Numbered from the stretch's first letter, positions 9,924 through 20,180 are shown. The stretch: DNA of 64,000 nt from Chitinophagales bacterium (GCA_013816805.1 JACDDS010000003.1:72582-136581); one strand, 5' to 3'. The notes: generated from the sequence alone by a model not told the origin. Numbers and translations: made by a program.

Positions 9924-10271
9924 ATGCAGTGGCATAATGGTGATAAATTTTCACTGGTATTCAAACTGTTTAAATTAATGACAATGAATCTTCAAAGGAA
10001 TCTCCAGGATTTGGTTTGGGAAAAGGCAGCAAGAATACCAGGTATGGATCCAGGGCTATTCAGAGCTGATGAAGAGGGAAGCATGATCCGTAAGACTGAT
10101 TTTAATAGCGAGATTTCAATTTATGGGTGGTGCTATTTTCATCTGAAACCCGTATGGGAAGGTGGTAATGATGATCTTTGGAATATAAAGCCCCTGAATT
10201 ACGTAAATAAATTATTAAATATAGCAGGCTGTTTCAATTCCCTTAACGAAGAAAATTTTATCTGGGATTAA
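9924..10271 (+). CDS. Small HNH-nuclease-like protein with a degenerate active site
   Basis: 115 aa. The block VWEKAARIPGMDPGLFRADEEGSMI...YGWCYFHLKPVWEGGNDDLWNIKPLNYVN matches the pattern of roughly 90-aa stand-alone HNH proteins (VWEK..PG.DP...R.D..G..I....GWEIDHI.P...GG.D...NL.PLN...N). His73, Asn87 and Asn92/95 are retained, but the Asp preceding the His is Phe72. The true start may be Met19 or Met21 (9978 or 9984). Confidence 0.55.
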   Translation: MQWHNGDKFSLVFKLFKLMTMNLQRNLQDLVWEKAARIPGMDPGLFRADEEGSMIRKTDFNSEISIYGWCYFHLKPVWEGGNDDLWNIKPLNYVNKLLNIAGCFNSLNEENFIWD

Positions 10272-10281
10272 GTACTGCGAT

Positions 10282-11493
10282 TTATGCAATGGGTTTGAAA
10301 GGGTGATGTTTTTCCCAATCCTTGCCTGTGTTTTTGTTAAAAAAATCTGTTAATATACGAACCAGATATTTTGTAAACCGGGTTCGTATTTTATAGTAAC
10401 TTTCAAAATAAATTGGCCTTCCTCCAATAATCGCTTTTGCTTCACGAGCGGTTCTTCCTAATTCAAGTTCTTTTTTTCCTTCCGATATTGCATCTGCTAT
10501 GGCATCAAACATTATATTAAAATAGAGCCAGTGTTCTGCGTTTTGGCCATAATCGAATCCTATATAATGCAATTCCCAACTACTTTCATAAAGAATATTT
10601 GAACTAAAAGCTATTAAAGCGTCTTCCTTAAAATACCCAAAGACCTTGAATTGGTTTTGATAGGCGAGTTTCATTTCAATAAAATAATTTTTGCTGGCAA
10701 TAACCATCCGGATTGGTTGTTTCTGCACTACCTGCAGATAAAGTTTTTCTATACGTGCACTGTAATGAATAATTTCATCCAATGATAATTCTGTCCTTTT
10801 TACATCCCGTAATTTCGCGCGGGAACGCCGCGCACGTTGTGCGTATTTATGCCGCAATGAGGATATATAATCTTCAAAACTTTTCCAATGCAGATTTATA
10901 TCCATTTTCATAGTTAAATCATTGTTCCAGTGCTGAAAGCCATATTTATATAACTCATTACCCAGTTCACCTACTGTATCCTTAATAAGAATGATGTGTG
11001 CCTTAGGCTTGAAAGACTTAAGGTATTTATTGCAAATCATTGCGATTTCTTTGGTTGATACTGATGGGTTCCAGTAAGCTCCCGGAAAGTCAACACGGAA
11101 CAGGTTGCCAAGTGTAAGTATAATACGCTCCCTACCAATAATAACCTTCTCCAACTGGTGAAGAATGGGTTGATTACTGAAGGGTGATAAATAATGCTTT
11201 GAATTAAAATGCACTATCTGCAAATAGAATACAGCAATTAGCGGCACATCACCACCAGATATATTCTCATAAATAAAAGCATACCGGAATTCAAGATCGC
11301 GTGGCACTGATTTTTCCAAGAAAAGTAAATGGCTGGATTGCAGAGGATGATCTTTAGGAAGAAATTGATCCCACTCCTTGTACCGGTCAGTTAAGGATCC
11401 ATATTCCTGACAGTAAAAACACGAAGAACCATTGCTCCCGGATTCTATATTAGGAAATAACCTTTTAACTTGAGAATTTGTAGCAATGTTCAT
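10282..11493 (-). CDS. GNAT-superfamily, FemAB/BioF2-like acyltransferase
   Basis: 403 aa. N-terminal W..FL.....Q block (WDQFLPKDHPLQSSHLLFLEKS). C-terminal HYIGFDYG...LYFNIMFDAIADAISEGKKELELGRTAREAK resembles the FemAB-like/Acetyltransf_6 families. Confidence 0.65.
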   Translation of the reverse strand: MNIATNSQVKRLFPNIESGSNGSSCFYCQEYGSLTDRYKEWDQFLPKDHPLQSSHLLFLEKSVPRDLEFRYAFIYENISGGDVPLIAVFYLQIVHFNSKHYLSPFSNQPILHQLEKVIIGRERIILTLGNLFRVDFPGAYWNPSVSTKEIAMICNKYLKSFKPKAHIILIKDTVGELGNELYKYGFQHWNNDLTMKMDINLHWKSFEDYISSLRHKYAQRARRSRAKLRDVKRTELSLDEIIHYSARIEKLYLQVVQKQPIRMVIASKNYFIEMKLAYQNQFKVFGYFKEDALIAFSSNILYESSWELHYIGFDYGQNAEHWLYFNIMFDAIADAISEGKKELELGRTAREAKAIIGGRPIYFESYYKIRTRFTKYLVRILTDFFNKNTGKDWEKHHPFKPIA

Positions 11494-11560
11494 TCAGATA
11501 TCCGGAACATTATTGATAGACTTAAATATGGACGTTCTTTTCACAAGGTTATTTTCAGAA

Positions 11561-12133
11561 TCATCTGTTTTCTTCAAATACAGCTGCACCTTCGAGTTGC
11601 TGGTACCAGTCAATTCCATATTTTCTGATCAATGCTTCCTTTACAAATTTATAAATCGGGATACCTAACTCCCTTCCGTTTTCACATGCCGGAGAGCAGA
11701 TATCCCATCTGTCATAATTCACTGCCTCATAATTTTCATATTTTTTTATGCGAACAGGATAAAGATGACATGAAACAGGTTTTTTAAATGCAATTTTTCC
11801 CTCATAATATGCCCTTTCAATTGCACATTTCGCGATCCCTTTATCAAGGAAAACATAAGCACATTCTTTTACTCCATCCACCAGTGGTGTAACAAGATCG
11901 CCCTCGCTGTCAATAATCCACTTCCCAAATTTTTCAATAGAATTGATACCTTCCTTTGACATGAATGGTTTTACCTGGTCAAAAACTTGCTCCAGCACTT
12001 CGGTTTCATCCAGTTCGAGAGGAGCTCCGGAGTCACCGGACACACAGCAGGCTCCTTTGCATTTATCCAGTGCACAGGCAAATTGCTTTCCAATCAGCTC
12101 ATCTGAAATGATTGTCTTTTCTATAATTATCAT
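11561..12133 (-). CDS. DUF3109-like Cys-rich protein, putative metal or Fe-S binding
   Basis: 190 aa. Cysteine pattern CALDKCKGACC...CAYV...KCAIE...SCHLYP...CSPAC. Size and motifs fit the Bacteroidota DUF3109 family. Confidence 0.65.
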   Translation of the reverse strand: MIIIEKTIISDELIGKQFACALDKCKGACCVSGDSGAPLELDETEVLEQVFDQVKPFMSKEGINSIEKFGKWIIDSEGDLVTPLVDGVKECAYVFLDKGIAKCAIERAYYEGKIAFKKPVSCHLYPVRIKKYENYEAVNYDRWDICSPACENGRELGIPIYKFVKEALIRKYGIDWYQQLEGAAVFEENR

Positions 12134-12264
12134 CTAAAAAAAATCAATCTTATTAAAGGCTAAAATAGAATATATCAACCATATCATAATGCCTGAAAAC
12201 TTACAGTGCAGGAAATTTATATCATTCTATTATCTTCTGCTGAGCCACTATATTTGCGTGCATC

Positions 12265-13803
12265 ATGGCTGAGCAAAAAGATCGTTTTAAAGAAATTATT
12301 TCTCATTGTAAAGAGTACGGGTATATTTTTCCATCCAGTGAAATTTATGACGGATTAAGTGCTGTATATGATTATGGTCAATATGGCGTAGAGTTAAAAA
12401 GAAATATCCGTGAATACTGGTGGCGTTCTATGGTGCAGCTGAATGAAAATATTGTCGGTATTGATGCTGCTATTTTCATGCATCCAACCGTATGGAAGGC
12501 AAGCGGACACGTGGATGCTTTTAACGATCCCCTGGTGGACAATAAAGATTCTAAAAAAAGATATCGCGCTGATACACTTCTGGAAGACCATATTGGAAAA
12601 ATTGAGGCAAAAACTGAAAAAGAAATACAGAAGGCACAAAGCCGCTTTGGTGAAAAGTTTGATGAACAGGTTTATCGCGCTACCAATCCGAGATTAATAG
12701 AGTACGCTAAGAACGTAAGCCAGATTAATAAACGAATGAAGAGGGCACTGGAGCTGAATGATATGGATGAGATGAAGCAGCTCATTATAGATTGCGAAAT
12801 TGCAGACCCGGTCAGTGGCACGCGTAACTGGACCGATGTTCGGCAATTTAATCTCATGTTTTCAACGCAGGTTGGCTCCATAGCCGAAGATTCCCATACT
12901 GTTTATTTAAGACCTGAAACTGCACAAGGTATTTTTGTAAATTTTTTGAATGTTCAGAAGACGGGAAGAATGAAAATACCATTTGGAATTGCGCAAACAG
13001 GAAAAGCATTCCGGAATGAAATAGTGGCCCGTCAGTTTATTTTCAGGATGCGTGAGTTCGAACAAATGGAAATGCAATTTTTTATTAAGCCCGGAACAGA
13101 AGCAGATTGGTATGAATACTGGAAACAAAACCGTTTAAGGTGGCACCATGCAATTGGATTTCCAGCTATGAAGTACAGGTTCCATGATCATTTAAAACTG
13201 GCACACTATGCAAAGGCAGCCTGCGATATTGAATTTGAATTTCCATTCGGGTATAAAGAACTGGAAGGAATTCATTCCCGCGGGGATTTCGATTTGAGCC
13301 AGCATGAGAAATTCTCTGGAAAAAAGATTCAGTACTTTGACTCCGAAACCAATGAAGCTTATACTCCTTATGTGGTGGAGACTTCAGTTGGCCTCGACAG
13401 GATGTTTCTGGCAGTGGTTTCTGCATCTTACACCGAAGAACAGGTGCCTACTGCAAATGAAGGGGAGGAGGCAATGAGGGTAGTTTTGAAGATCCCCTCC
13501 TTCCTGGCTCCGGTTAAAGTAGCGGTGCTACCACTTGTTAAGAAGGATGATTTGCCGGAAAAAGCATTGAATATTTTTCATAATTTGAAAGCTTATCATA
13601 GTTGCCATTATGAAGAGAAAGATTCTATTGGGCGCAGGTACCGCCGAATGGATGCTATTGGAACTCCATATTGTATTACCGTTGACCATCAAACTCTGGA
13701 AGATAGTACAGTTACTATTCGTGAACGCGATACTATGAAGCAGGATCGCATACCCGTAAGTGGCGTACATACTATAGTGAATGAGCGGGTTAAGTGGCCT
13801 TAA
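12265..13803 (+). CDS. glyQS: Glycine--tRNA ligase (class II, alpha2 type)
   Basis: 512 aa. N-terminus IISHCKEYGYIFPSSEIYDGLSAVYDYGQYGVELKRNIREYWW. Class II motifs FRNEI..R.FIFRMREFEQME and GLDR are present. Confidence 0.95.
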   Translation: MAEQKDRFKEIISHCKEYGYIFPSSEIYDGLSAVYDYGQYGVELKRNIREYWWRSMVQLNENIVGIDAAIFMHPTVWKASGHVDAFNDPLVDNKDSKKRYRADTLLEDHIGKIEAKTEKEIQKAQSRFGEKFDEQVYRATNPRLIEYAKNVSQINKRMKRALELNDMDEMKQLIIDCEIADPVSGTRNWTDVRQFNLMFSTQVGSIAEDSHTVYLRPETAQGIFVNFLNVQKTGRMKIPFGIAQTGKAFRNEIVARQFIFRMREFEQMEMQFFIKPGTEADWYEYWKQNRLRWHHAIGFPAMKYRFHDHLKLAHYAKAACDIEFEFPFGYKELEGIHSRGDFDLSQHEKFSGKKIQYFDSETNEAYTPYVVETSVGLDRMFLAVVSASYTEEQVPTANEGEEAMRVVLKIPSFLAPVKVAVLPLVKKDDLPEKALNIFHNLKAYHSCHYEEKDSIGRRYRRMDAIGTPYCITVDHQTLEDSTVTIRERDTMKQDRIPVSGVHTIVNERVKWP

Positions 13804-13893
13804 TAAAAAAAATTTATTGTTAGATAATTAGAGCATGCAACGGTTAAACCTTAAAGAAACTGAAGAACGTTATTAAAGAAATAAGCTCATTAA

Positions 13894-14928
13894 ATGAAAA
13901 CTTTCCTGATCACTTTTTTCATTTATTTCCAATGTTATTTTTCTGTGGCTCAGGTTAATTATTTCATTTACAAAGTGGTTAATCAGATGCATCTTGAAGG
14001 TGACCGTGGATGGGATTACCTTTCCATAGATACAAAAACGCATCTGTTATATATCTCTCATGGCACTATGGTTCAGGTACTGGATGTAAATAGTGGAAAA
14101 CTAGTGGGTACCATTACTAATACAAATGGTGTTCACGGAATTGCTTTGGCACCAACTATAAATAAGGGATTTATCAGTAACGGACAGGATTCATCCGTAA
14201 CCGTTTTTGATTTACAAACTTTAAAGACTATTACAAAAGTGCCGGTTACCGGGCGAAATCCGGATGCAATTCTCTATGATCCTTTTACATCTAAGGTGTT
14301 TGTTTTTAATGGCAGAAGCAATAATGCTACTGTATTGAATGGCAATTCAAATGAGGTAATTGCAACCATTCCGCTATCTGGCAAGCCCGAATTTTCGGTA
14401 AGCGATGGTAAAGGAAAAATCTATGTGAATATCGAAGATAAGAGCATGGTGGATGAAATCAACCCGGTCACAATGAAGGTAGAGAAAGAATGGTCCGTAG
14501 CTCCCGGAGTAGAACCAAGCGGTCTTGCACTGGATAATATAAACCATCGGTTATTCAGTGTTTGTGATAATGGATTAATGGTTATAGTAGATGCTGAAGA
14601 TGGGCACGTCATCTCCACTGTTCCCATTGGAGACAGGGTTGACGGAGCAGCCTTTGACCCTTTGCTGCGACGTGCTTTTAGCTCCAATGGTGATGGCACA
14701 CTTACGGTAGTGCAGGAAAAAGATGCAAATACTTTTAAGGTGCTTGAAAATATTATAACGCAAAAAGGTGCACGTACTGTAACGGTTGATACCATTACTC
14801 ACCATCTTTATCTCCCTACGGCAGAATTTGGCGTTACGCCGGAACCAACAAATGACAATCCACATCCGAGACCTTCCATTAAGCCCGGTAGTTTTGTAGT
14901 GCTGGACGTTATGCCAGATAGTAAATAG
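13894..14928 (+). CDS. YncE/YVTN-type beta-propeller repeat protein, secreted
   Basis: 344 aa with a signal peptide. Repeated segments of about 40 aa with G..P.G.A.D......vyV.N patterns. Confidence 0.75.
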   Translation: MKTFLITFFIYFQCYFSVAQVNYFIYKVVNQMHLEGDRGWDYLSIDTKTHLLYISHGTMVQVLDVNSGKLVGTITNTNGVHGIALAPTINKGFISNGQDSSVTVFDLQTLKTITKVPVTGRNPDAILYDPFTSKVFVFNGRSNNATVLNGNSNEVIATIPLSGKPEFSVSDGKGKIYVNIEDKSMVDEINPVTMKVEKEWSVAPGVEPSGLALDNINHRLFSVCDNGLMVIVDAEDGHVISTVPIGDRVDGAAFDPLLRRAFSSNGDGTLTVVQEKDANTFKVLENIITQKGARTVTVDTITHHLYLPTAEFGVTPEPTNDNPHPRPSIKPGSFVVLDVMPDSK

Positions 14929-14931
14929 GTT

Positions 14932-15513
14932 TTAGCTGGAACCGTAAGAATGAAATAAAAAACCTTCAACTATTGCTGCGGCTTTTTGCAAGGCTTCCGA
15001 TAAACCATTATTTAAAATGATTTTATCGAAGTAAGCTGCATATTCCATTTCATACAGAGCTTTATTAATTCTCTCATGAATCTTTTCCTTAGACTCTGTT
15101 GCTCTGCCTTCAAGTCTTTTTTTTAAAATATTTATATCTGGAGGCTTAATAAAGATAGTGAGTGAATTTGTTCCGAATTTTTTCTTCAGATTTATTGCTC
15201 CTTTTACGTCCACATCAAATAATACCACCTTACCGGAGATCCATATGGTTTCCACTTCACTTTTTAATGTCCCGTAGAATGTATTATTATAAACCTCTTC
15301 CCATTCTATAAAATCACCATTTTTAATTTTTTCTCTGAATTCTTCACGCGTCATAAAATAGTAATCACGACCCTCTGTTTCGTCAATTCGCTTTGGCCGG
15401 GTAGTAGCGGAAACTGAGAATTCAAGCAATGGATATTCTGCCAATAGGTGCTTAGCGATAGTTGTTTTTCCTGCTCCTGAAGGAGCAGTAATTATAATCA
15501 GTTTTCCGATCAT
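14932..15513 (-). CDS. gmk: Guanylate kinase
   Basis: 193 aa. P-loop ITAPSGAGKTT. SVSATTRPKR..E..G.DYYF motif present. Confidence 0.95.
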   Translation of the reverse strand: MIGKLIIITAPSGAGKTTIAKHLLAEYPLLEFSVSATTRPKRIDETEGRDYYFMTREEFREKIKNGDFIEWEEVYNNTFYGTLKSEVETIWISGKVVLFDVDVKGAINLKKKFGTNSLTIFIKPPDINILKKRLEGRATESKEKIHERINKALYEMEYAAYFDKIILNNGLSEALQKAAAIVEGFLFHSYGSS

Positions 15514-15613
15514 AAAACGAAAGCCAGTGAATATAAAAACTTAGTGACCATGCCACTCTTGAAACAGAATGTGTCATCTGCGATATCCATCATTTCTATG
15601 AAAAATATCCGTT

Positions 15614-16570
15614 TTATTTTCCCTGAATTTTACTTGTTCTGTTTTTTAAAAGCGAAACAACAATAGCAGCAGTTAAAACTAAAACTATCACCAGTAAAGA
15701 CCAGTGGGTTGAAATACGTATATCGAATATTTCCAAAAGCATTTTTGCACCAACAAAAATTAATACAACTGAAATCCCTTCCTGTAAATAATCGAATTTA
15801 TCTGCAAATCCTTTCAATAAAAAGAACATGGCCCGCAATCCCATAACGGCAAAAATATTAGATGTGATAATCACCAATCTATCCTGCGAAATAGCAAATA
15901 CAGCCGGAATAGAATCAATAGCAAATACTAAGTCTGTAGATGCAATCAGTATTATTACAACAAAAAGTACCGTATAATATTTTTTTCCATTTTCGTATAT
16001 TGTAAAATTTCCTTCTCCTTCATGCTTCACCATTGGAAAATAGCGGTGCAGGAACTTATAAATAATATTTTTATCGGGGTTAAATTTTTGATCACTTCCT
16101 GAAAGCAGAATTTTAATGCCACTGTAAATTAGCACACCTCCCAGAAAGTACAGTATCCAGTGAAAATTATTTACCATCTCAATACCTGCAAGAATAAAAA
16201 TTAATCTAAAAATTACTGCGCAGATAATTCCGTAAAACAGGACTTTGTGATAGTATAAATCTGAAATATTGAAATAGTTTAAAATCAGTATAAACACAAA
16301 CAAATTATCTGCAGAGAGGGAATATTCCATAAGATAAGCGGAATAATATTGCAGGCCTTTTTCAGTATCGCGGTAATGAGAAATCAGGAATCCATAAGCA
16401 ATGGCCAGGCTGATCCAGCATACTGTTTGTACCGATGCGCTTTTTAAGCTCATAGGCTTAAAAGATCGTTGCAGGACGCCTGCATCTAGTAGAAGAGAAA
16501 AAATCAGTGTAATGCCAAATATGATGTACAATACGCCGGCATCACCAAAATGCTGAATAAGGTTTGACAT
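15614..16570 (-). CDS. TerC family integral membrane protein
   Basis: 318 aa, polytopic. Motifs EYSLSADNLFVF and STDLVFAIDSIPAVFAI are typical of TerC/Alx. Confidence 0.85.
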   Translation of the reverse strand: MSNLIQHFGDAGVLYIIFGITLIFSLLLDAGVLQRSFKPMSLKSASVQTVCWISLAIAYGFLISHYRDTEKGLQYYSAYLMEYSLSADNLFVFILILNYFNISDLYYHKVLFYGIICAVIFRLIFILAGIEMVNNFHWILYFLGGVLIYSGIKILLSGSDQKFNPDKNIIYKFLHRYFPMVKHEGEGNFTIYENGKKYYTVLFVVIILIASTDLVFAIDSIPAVFAISQDRLVIITSNIFAVMGLRAMFFLLKGFADKFDYLQEGISVVLIFVGAKMLLEIFDIRISTHWSLLVIVLVLTAAIVVSLLKNRTSKIQGK

Positions 16571-16576
16571 GAACCG

Positions 16577-17596
16577 TCAGTTTTTTGTGGCGTACAGGAA
16601 AAACCGGGTGGTTTTAAATAAACGATTAAAATGCTGGGTTTGAATAATCACAAAATCCTGACCATTGTTTACTGTTGCGAAAAAGTGATCCACATCGTAC
16701 AATAGTTCATTTCCCTTTGCATCAAATTGTTCACTAGTGCTGTTTCTTGGCATGTGGTATATAACCGTTGAATGGGGCTGGTAATTGCGGTCAGTAACCG
16801 TGATATTACAGAATGGGGTAGACTGCAGAATGCTGTCGCGTTTCGGAAGATCGTTTACAAAAGCTTCGGCATTCACAAATGAGTATGATTGTAGATAAGC
16901 TCTAACAGCCCGCTTGTTAATTGATTCCGAAGTCAGAGGTTTTCCGTTATTGCCGGTAATTAAAAAGGAATCGGGCCCCGCAACGGTAATAGCAAAGGAG
17001 CTATCTTTTAGCTCAGGATAATTTACAGAGACAGTAAGTATTTGATTCAAGTCAAAATCATATATTTTCCCGCTCCTGATCTCTTCTGTATTGGTTGAAT
17101 ATCTCGTATTTACTACTCCCTGAAATGCAGGTATAGCTGTTACATAGGGATTTTTTGCTCCCGCCATCATCATATAAGTTCCGTCCGAACTAAGATTGGG
17201 CCCGCCTATATAATATGATTTCAGCATAGTGCCATTTCTATCAAAAATCTCCACCTTTTTATTATCGCTTGCCATTTGCTTCACAACTGTATTTTGCTGC
17301 GATAATGAAACCGGGTAGCTAATTGTAATGTTATGAATAGTACTTAAAAGGGAATTCATATAATCTGACCTTACCGGATATTTCTGATTAACTATCCATC
17401 CACTGTTTTGCCGTTGCAATATCACTTTGTTTCCGCGCATGTCGGCAATAAAAATTTTTTCAACCACGGATGTGTCATTTAAGGCAAACTTGCCTTCACC
17501 TTCTTTTAAGGTTCCCGATGGTTTATTTACTACTAATACATACGCTGTAAATCCAAGAGCAAGAAAAATTAACAGGTATAGTTGGGTTCTCTTCAT
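16577..17596 (-). CDS. DUF4340-like protein that follows gldG
   Basis: 339 aa with a single N-terminal anchor (LYLLIFLALGFTAYVLVV). Lies immediately downstream of gldG, as commonly seen for DUF4340 proteins. Confidence 0.55.
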   Translation of the reverse strand: MKRTQLYLLIFLALGFTAYVLVVNKPSGTLKEGEGKFALNDTSVVEKIFIADMRGNKVILQRQNSGWIVNQKYPVRSDYMNSLLSTIHNITISYPVSLSQQNTVVKQMASDNKKVEIFDRNGTMLKSYYIGGPNLSSDGTYMMMAGAKNPYVTAIPAFQGVVNTRYSTNTEEIRSGKIYDFDLNQILTVSVNYPELKDSSFAITVAGPDSFLITGNNGKPLTSESINKRAVRAYLQSYSFVNAEAFVNDLPKRDSILQSTPFCNITVTDRNYQPHSTVIYHMPRNSTSEQFDAKGNELLYDVDHFFATVNNGQDFVIIQTQHFNRLFKTTRFFLYATKN

Positions 17597-17681
17597 ATCA
17601 ATTATAGATCAGGAAACCAGTAAGTGTATAAACGGTTACCTTAAAGTTCTTCTTAAAGATTAAAGTTGCAAGTCAGGATTA

Positions 17682-19388
17682 TTATGATCGGGCGTATTTT
17701 CGTCTCCTGATAAAATTAAAGATTAATCCAAACACACTAATTAATGCTACCGGAAGTATCGTATTGGTTAGCTGCCATTGCACTTTTTGTTCTCTTACTT
17801 TCGAAGTATCCAACAACCTGAGAGTTACTGTTTTTATCCTTGTATTTATATGCTGTGTATAACCACACAGATAATCGATACAATTCAAAAGAAAAGTTTT
17901 ATTGTCAAAATATTCGCCGGTATAGCGATCATATCCAAGGGGCATCGGAGTACCTTCTTTATTCACTTCATTTGTACCAATATCTCCATCTGAAATTACG
18001 ATCATTTTAGTGGGTTCACTGGTAGATTTGAAAGGTTTTTTTAAAGAATCGTCCATGAGTTTAAGCGCCTCGGGAGTAAAGCGGTTAATGAATATACTCG
18101 GAAATATACCTTCCAGCAAGACTGCAGAAGGTAAATTTTTCCTGTTGTATTTTTTGGGATCAGGACGATTTTTTAAATCTGCAAAATCAACCAGCCATGG
18201 AGTAAATACATTTCTGCTATTTCCTGATGAATGCAGTAATACTGTTTTTTTTATACCCTTTGCTGCTACCGTATCAATGCTGCTCACAAACCTGGCTGAT
18301 ATTCCATTTGTATTTTGAACGATCAGGTGATTATTATCCGGGGTGAAAACCGGGAAATAGAAACATGGAAATAGTTTAAAGTTCGGCTTTTGACTTTCAT
18401 AATTTACTAAAAGAGGAACGGGATTACATTGTAAATCCATTATAAGATCAGGGTTAATCCGCACACCATATCTGAATAACTGGTCATCAAGATTTAGTGG
18501 AAAGTCAAGGGTTATAAAAGAAGATTTATGCATAAGTGAATCGATGTCTGCATTTAAGGGCTCAATCATCCACAAAACCTTACCGCCTTGCATTATGTAC
18601 TGATCCAATTTATATTTATCCTTTTCGGAAAATTTTTGAGTGGGTTTGGCAATAATTACGGTTGTAAATTCAGAAGAAATATTTACTGTGGCTGCTAAAT
18701 CAATCCATTGCCACTGGTAAAACCCGGATATGGAATTTAAAAGATCACCAAGCCTGGAATCTTTAATTTCTCCATGACCCTGTATAAATCCAATTTTTGT
18801 CAACTGGATAAGGGAAAGCTTTTGTATGCCTTGAGAAAAATTATGTTCAAGGTGGGCGATAGAATTGTTTAATGAGGTTTGAGCTCCTTCATTTGGATTC
18901 GTTTCTAGAAGTTGTACCGGTGTTTCTTTCCCATTGAAATATATAATAGCCCCGGGTACCACAATTTTTTCTGAATACTGATCTCCCGCATTTTGTTGAA
19001 CATTCGTTGGCATCAGTCCTTTCCTGGAAAAATCTTTTAAAACTGCCGTTATTTCGCTTTCTGATTTTCCATATACAGGATCTATAAATTGGTATTGGAT
19101 TCTATTACCTCCATAGGCTTTAAATTCATCCAGTAACTCCATTGTTGCGGTGCTTAAGCGCTGAAACCCGGGAGGCATTTCGCCTTTCAGGTACACTTTT
19201 ACAAATACCACATCCTTCAGATCATTTAATAATTTTATAGAGGAATCGCTTAATGTAAATCGCTTATCTGCAGTAAGGTCTATACGTTTAAAGAAGGAGG
19301 ACAATAAAATATTCAGCAGTATTATAATGCCAATTAAAATAAATAGTTGAGCAAATGCTTGTTGCTTATGAGACCGCCTGGAGACCAA
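17682..19388 (-). CDS. gldG: Gliding-motility-associated ABC transporter accessory/substrate-binding protein GldG
   Basis: 568 aa. N- and C-terminal TM anchors flank a large periplasmic domain. Lies directly downstream of gldA and gldF. Size matches GldG. Confidence 0.8.
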   Translation of the reverse strand: MVSRRSHKQQAFAQLFILIGIIILLNILLSSFFKRIDLTADKRFTLSDSSIKLLNDLKDVVFVKVYLKGEMPPGFQRLSTATMELLDEFKAYGGNRIQYQFIDPVYGKSESEITAVLKDFSRKGLMPTNVQQNAGDQYSEKIVVPGAIIYFNGKETPVQLLETNPNEGAQTSLNNSIAHLEHNFSQGIQKLSLIQLTKIGFIQGHGEIKDSRLGDLLNSISGFYQWQWIDLAATVNISSEFTTVIIAKPTQKFSEKDKYKLDQYIMQGGKVLWMIEPLNADIDSLMHKSSFITLDFPLNLDDQLFRYGVRINPDLIMDLQCNPVPLLVNYESQKPNFKLFPCFYFPVFTPDNNHLIVQNTNGISARFVSSIDTVAAKGIKKTVLLHSSGNSRNVFTPWLVDFADLKNRPDPKKYNRKNLPSAVLLEGIFPSIFINRFTPEALKLMDDSLKKPFKSTSEPTKMIVISDGDIGTNEVNKEGTPMPLGYDRYTGEYFDNKTFLLNCIDYLCGYTQHINTRIKTVTLRLLDTSKVREQKVQWQLTNTILPVALISVFGLIFNFIRRRKYARS

Positions 19389-19451
19389 TTTAAAATTTGA
19401 ATAAAGTTTAAAAAAATCAATGACATGTAATAAATAACTGTTCTGAAATCA

Positions 19452-20180
19452 TCACCATTTCCGACTTTGAAGTGAAGTTATGGTGCACAGTATAAAGATG
19501 AGGGTGATTGAAAAAAAATATAGCACATCCCTGGAATCCACTACTCCGCGGCTTATAGACTGATAATGGGTTTCAATGCCAAGGGATTGAATAACGGTAT
19601 CTGCCGATCCCCCGAACAATCCTAAAGCTCCAACTGCATTAAAAGAAGCATATAAGAGAAAAGAAAAAAAAGCAGCAAGAATAAATGCTACAATTTGATT
19701 ACCGGTTAATGAAGAAGCAAATAATCCAATAGAAACAAAAGAAGTACTCAGCAAAATTAATGCAATGTAAGAGCCCCAGGTTGCACCCAAATCAAGATTT
19801 CCTTTTGTGGCGCCCAACACGTAAATACTATAAAAATATATTAAGGTAGGTAAAAGTGAAAAAATTACCAGGGTGCTTGCTGCCCAAAATTTACCGAGAA
19901 TAATTTGTATTTCACTGATTGGTTTAGTGACTAAAATTTCAAGAGTTCCTGTTTTTATTTCTTCGGAAAACATTCGCATTGTGATAGCAGGTATAAGAAG
20001 AATAAAAACTATGGGTGCGTTATCAAAAAGAATATCAAGGTTAGCATAGCCAAAGTCAAGTACATTGTCAGGGAAAACCCACATTATTAGTCCCATAAGA
20101 ATCAGGAAAACACCAATGGAGATATAACCGATTAACGAGCTGAAAAAAGAAGTGAGTTCCTTTTTAAAAATGGCAAACAT
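19452..20180 (-). CDS. gldF: Gliding-motility-associated ABC transporter permease GldF
   Basis: 242 aa. ABC-2 type permease with six predicted TM segments. Abuts gldA with no spacer. Confidence 0.8.
   Translation of the reverse strand: MFAIFKKELTSFFSSLIGYISIGVFLILMGLIMWVFPDNVLDFGYANLDILFDNAPIVFILLIPAITMRMFSEEIKTGTLEILVTKPISEIQIILGKFWAASTLVIFSLLPTLIYFYSIYVLGATKGNLDLGATWGSYIALILLSTSFVSIGLFASSLTGNQIVAFILAAFFSFLLYASFNAVGALGLFGGSADTVIQSLGIETHYQSISRGVVDSRDVLYFFSITLIFILCTITSLQSRKW

Noticed and set aside
12249-12256. Bacteroidota -7 promoter-like boxes (TAnnTTTG) just upstream of glyQS (12249-12256), dnaX (54075-54082) and the DUF2723 gene (35966-35973).
   Set aside because: The motif is short and AT-rich, so chance occurrences are expected. 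No properly spaced -33 TTG partner was seen, and two of them would imply nearly leaderless mRNAs. I did not report them as features.
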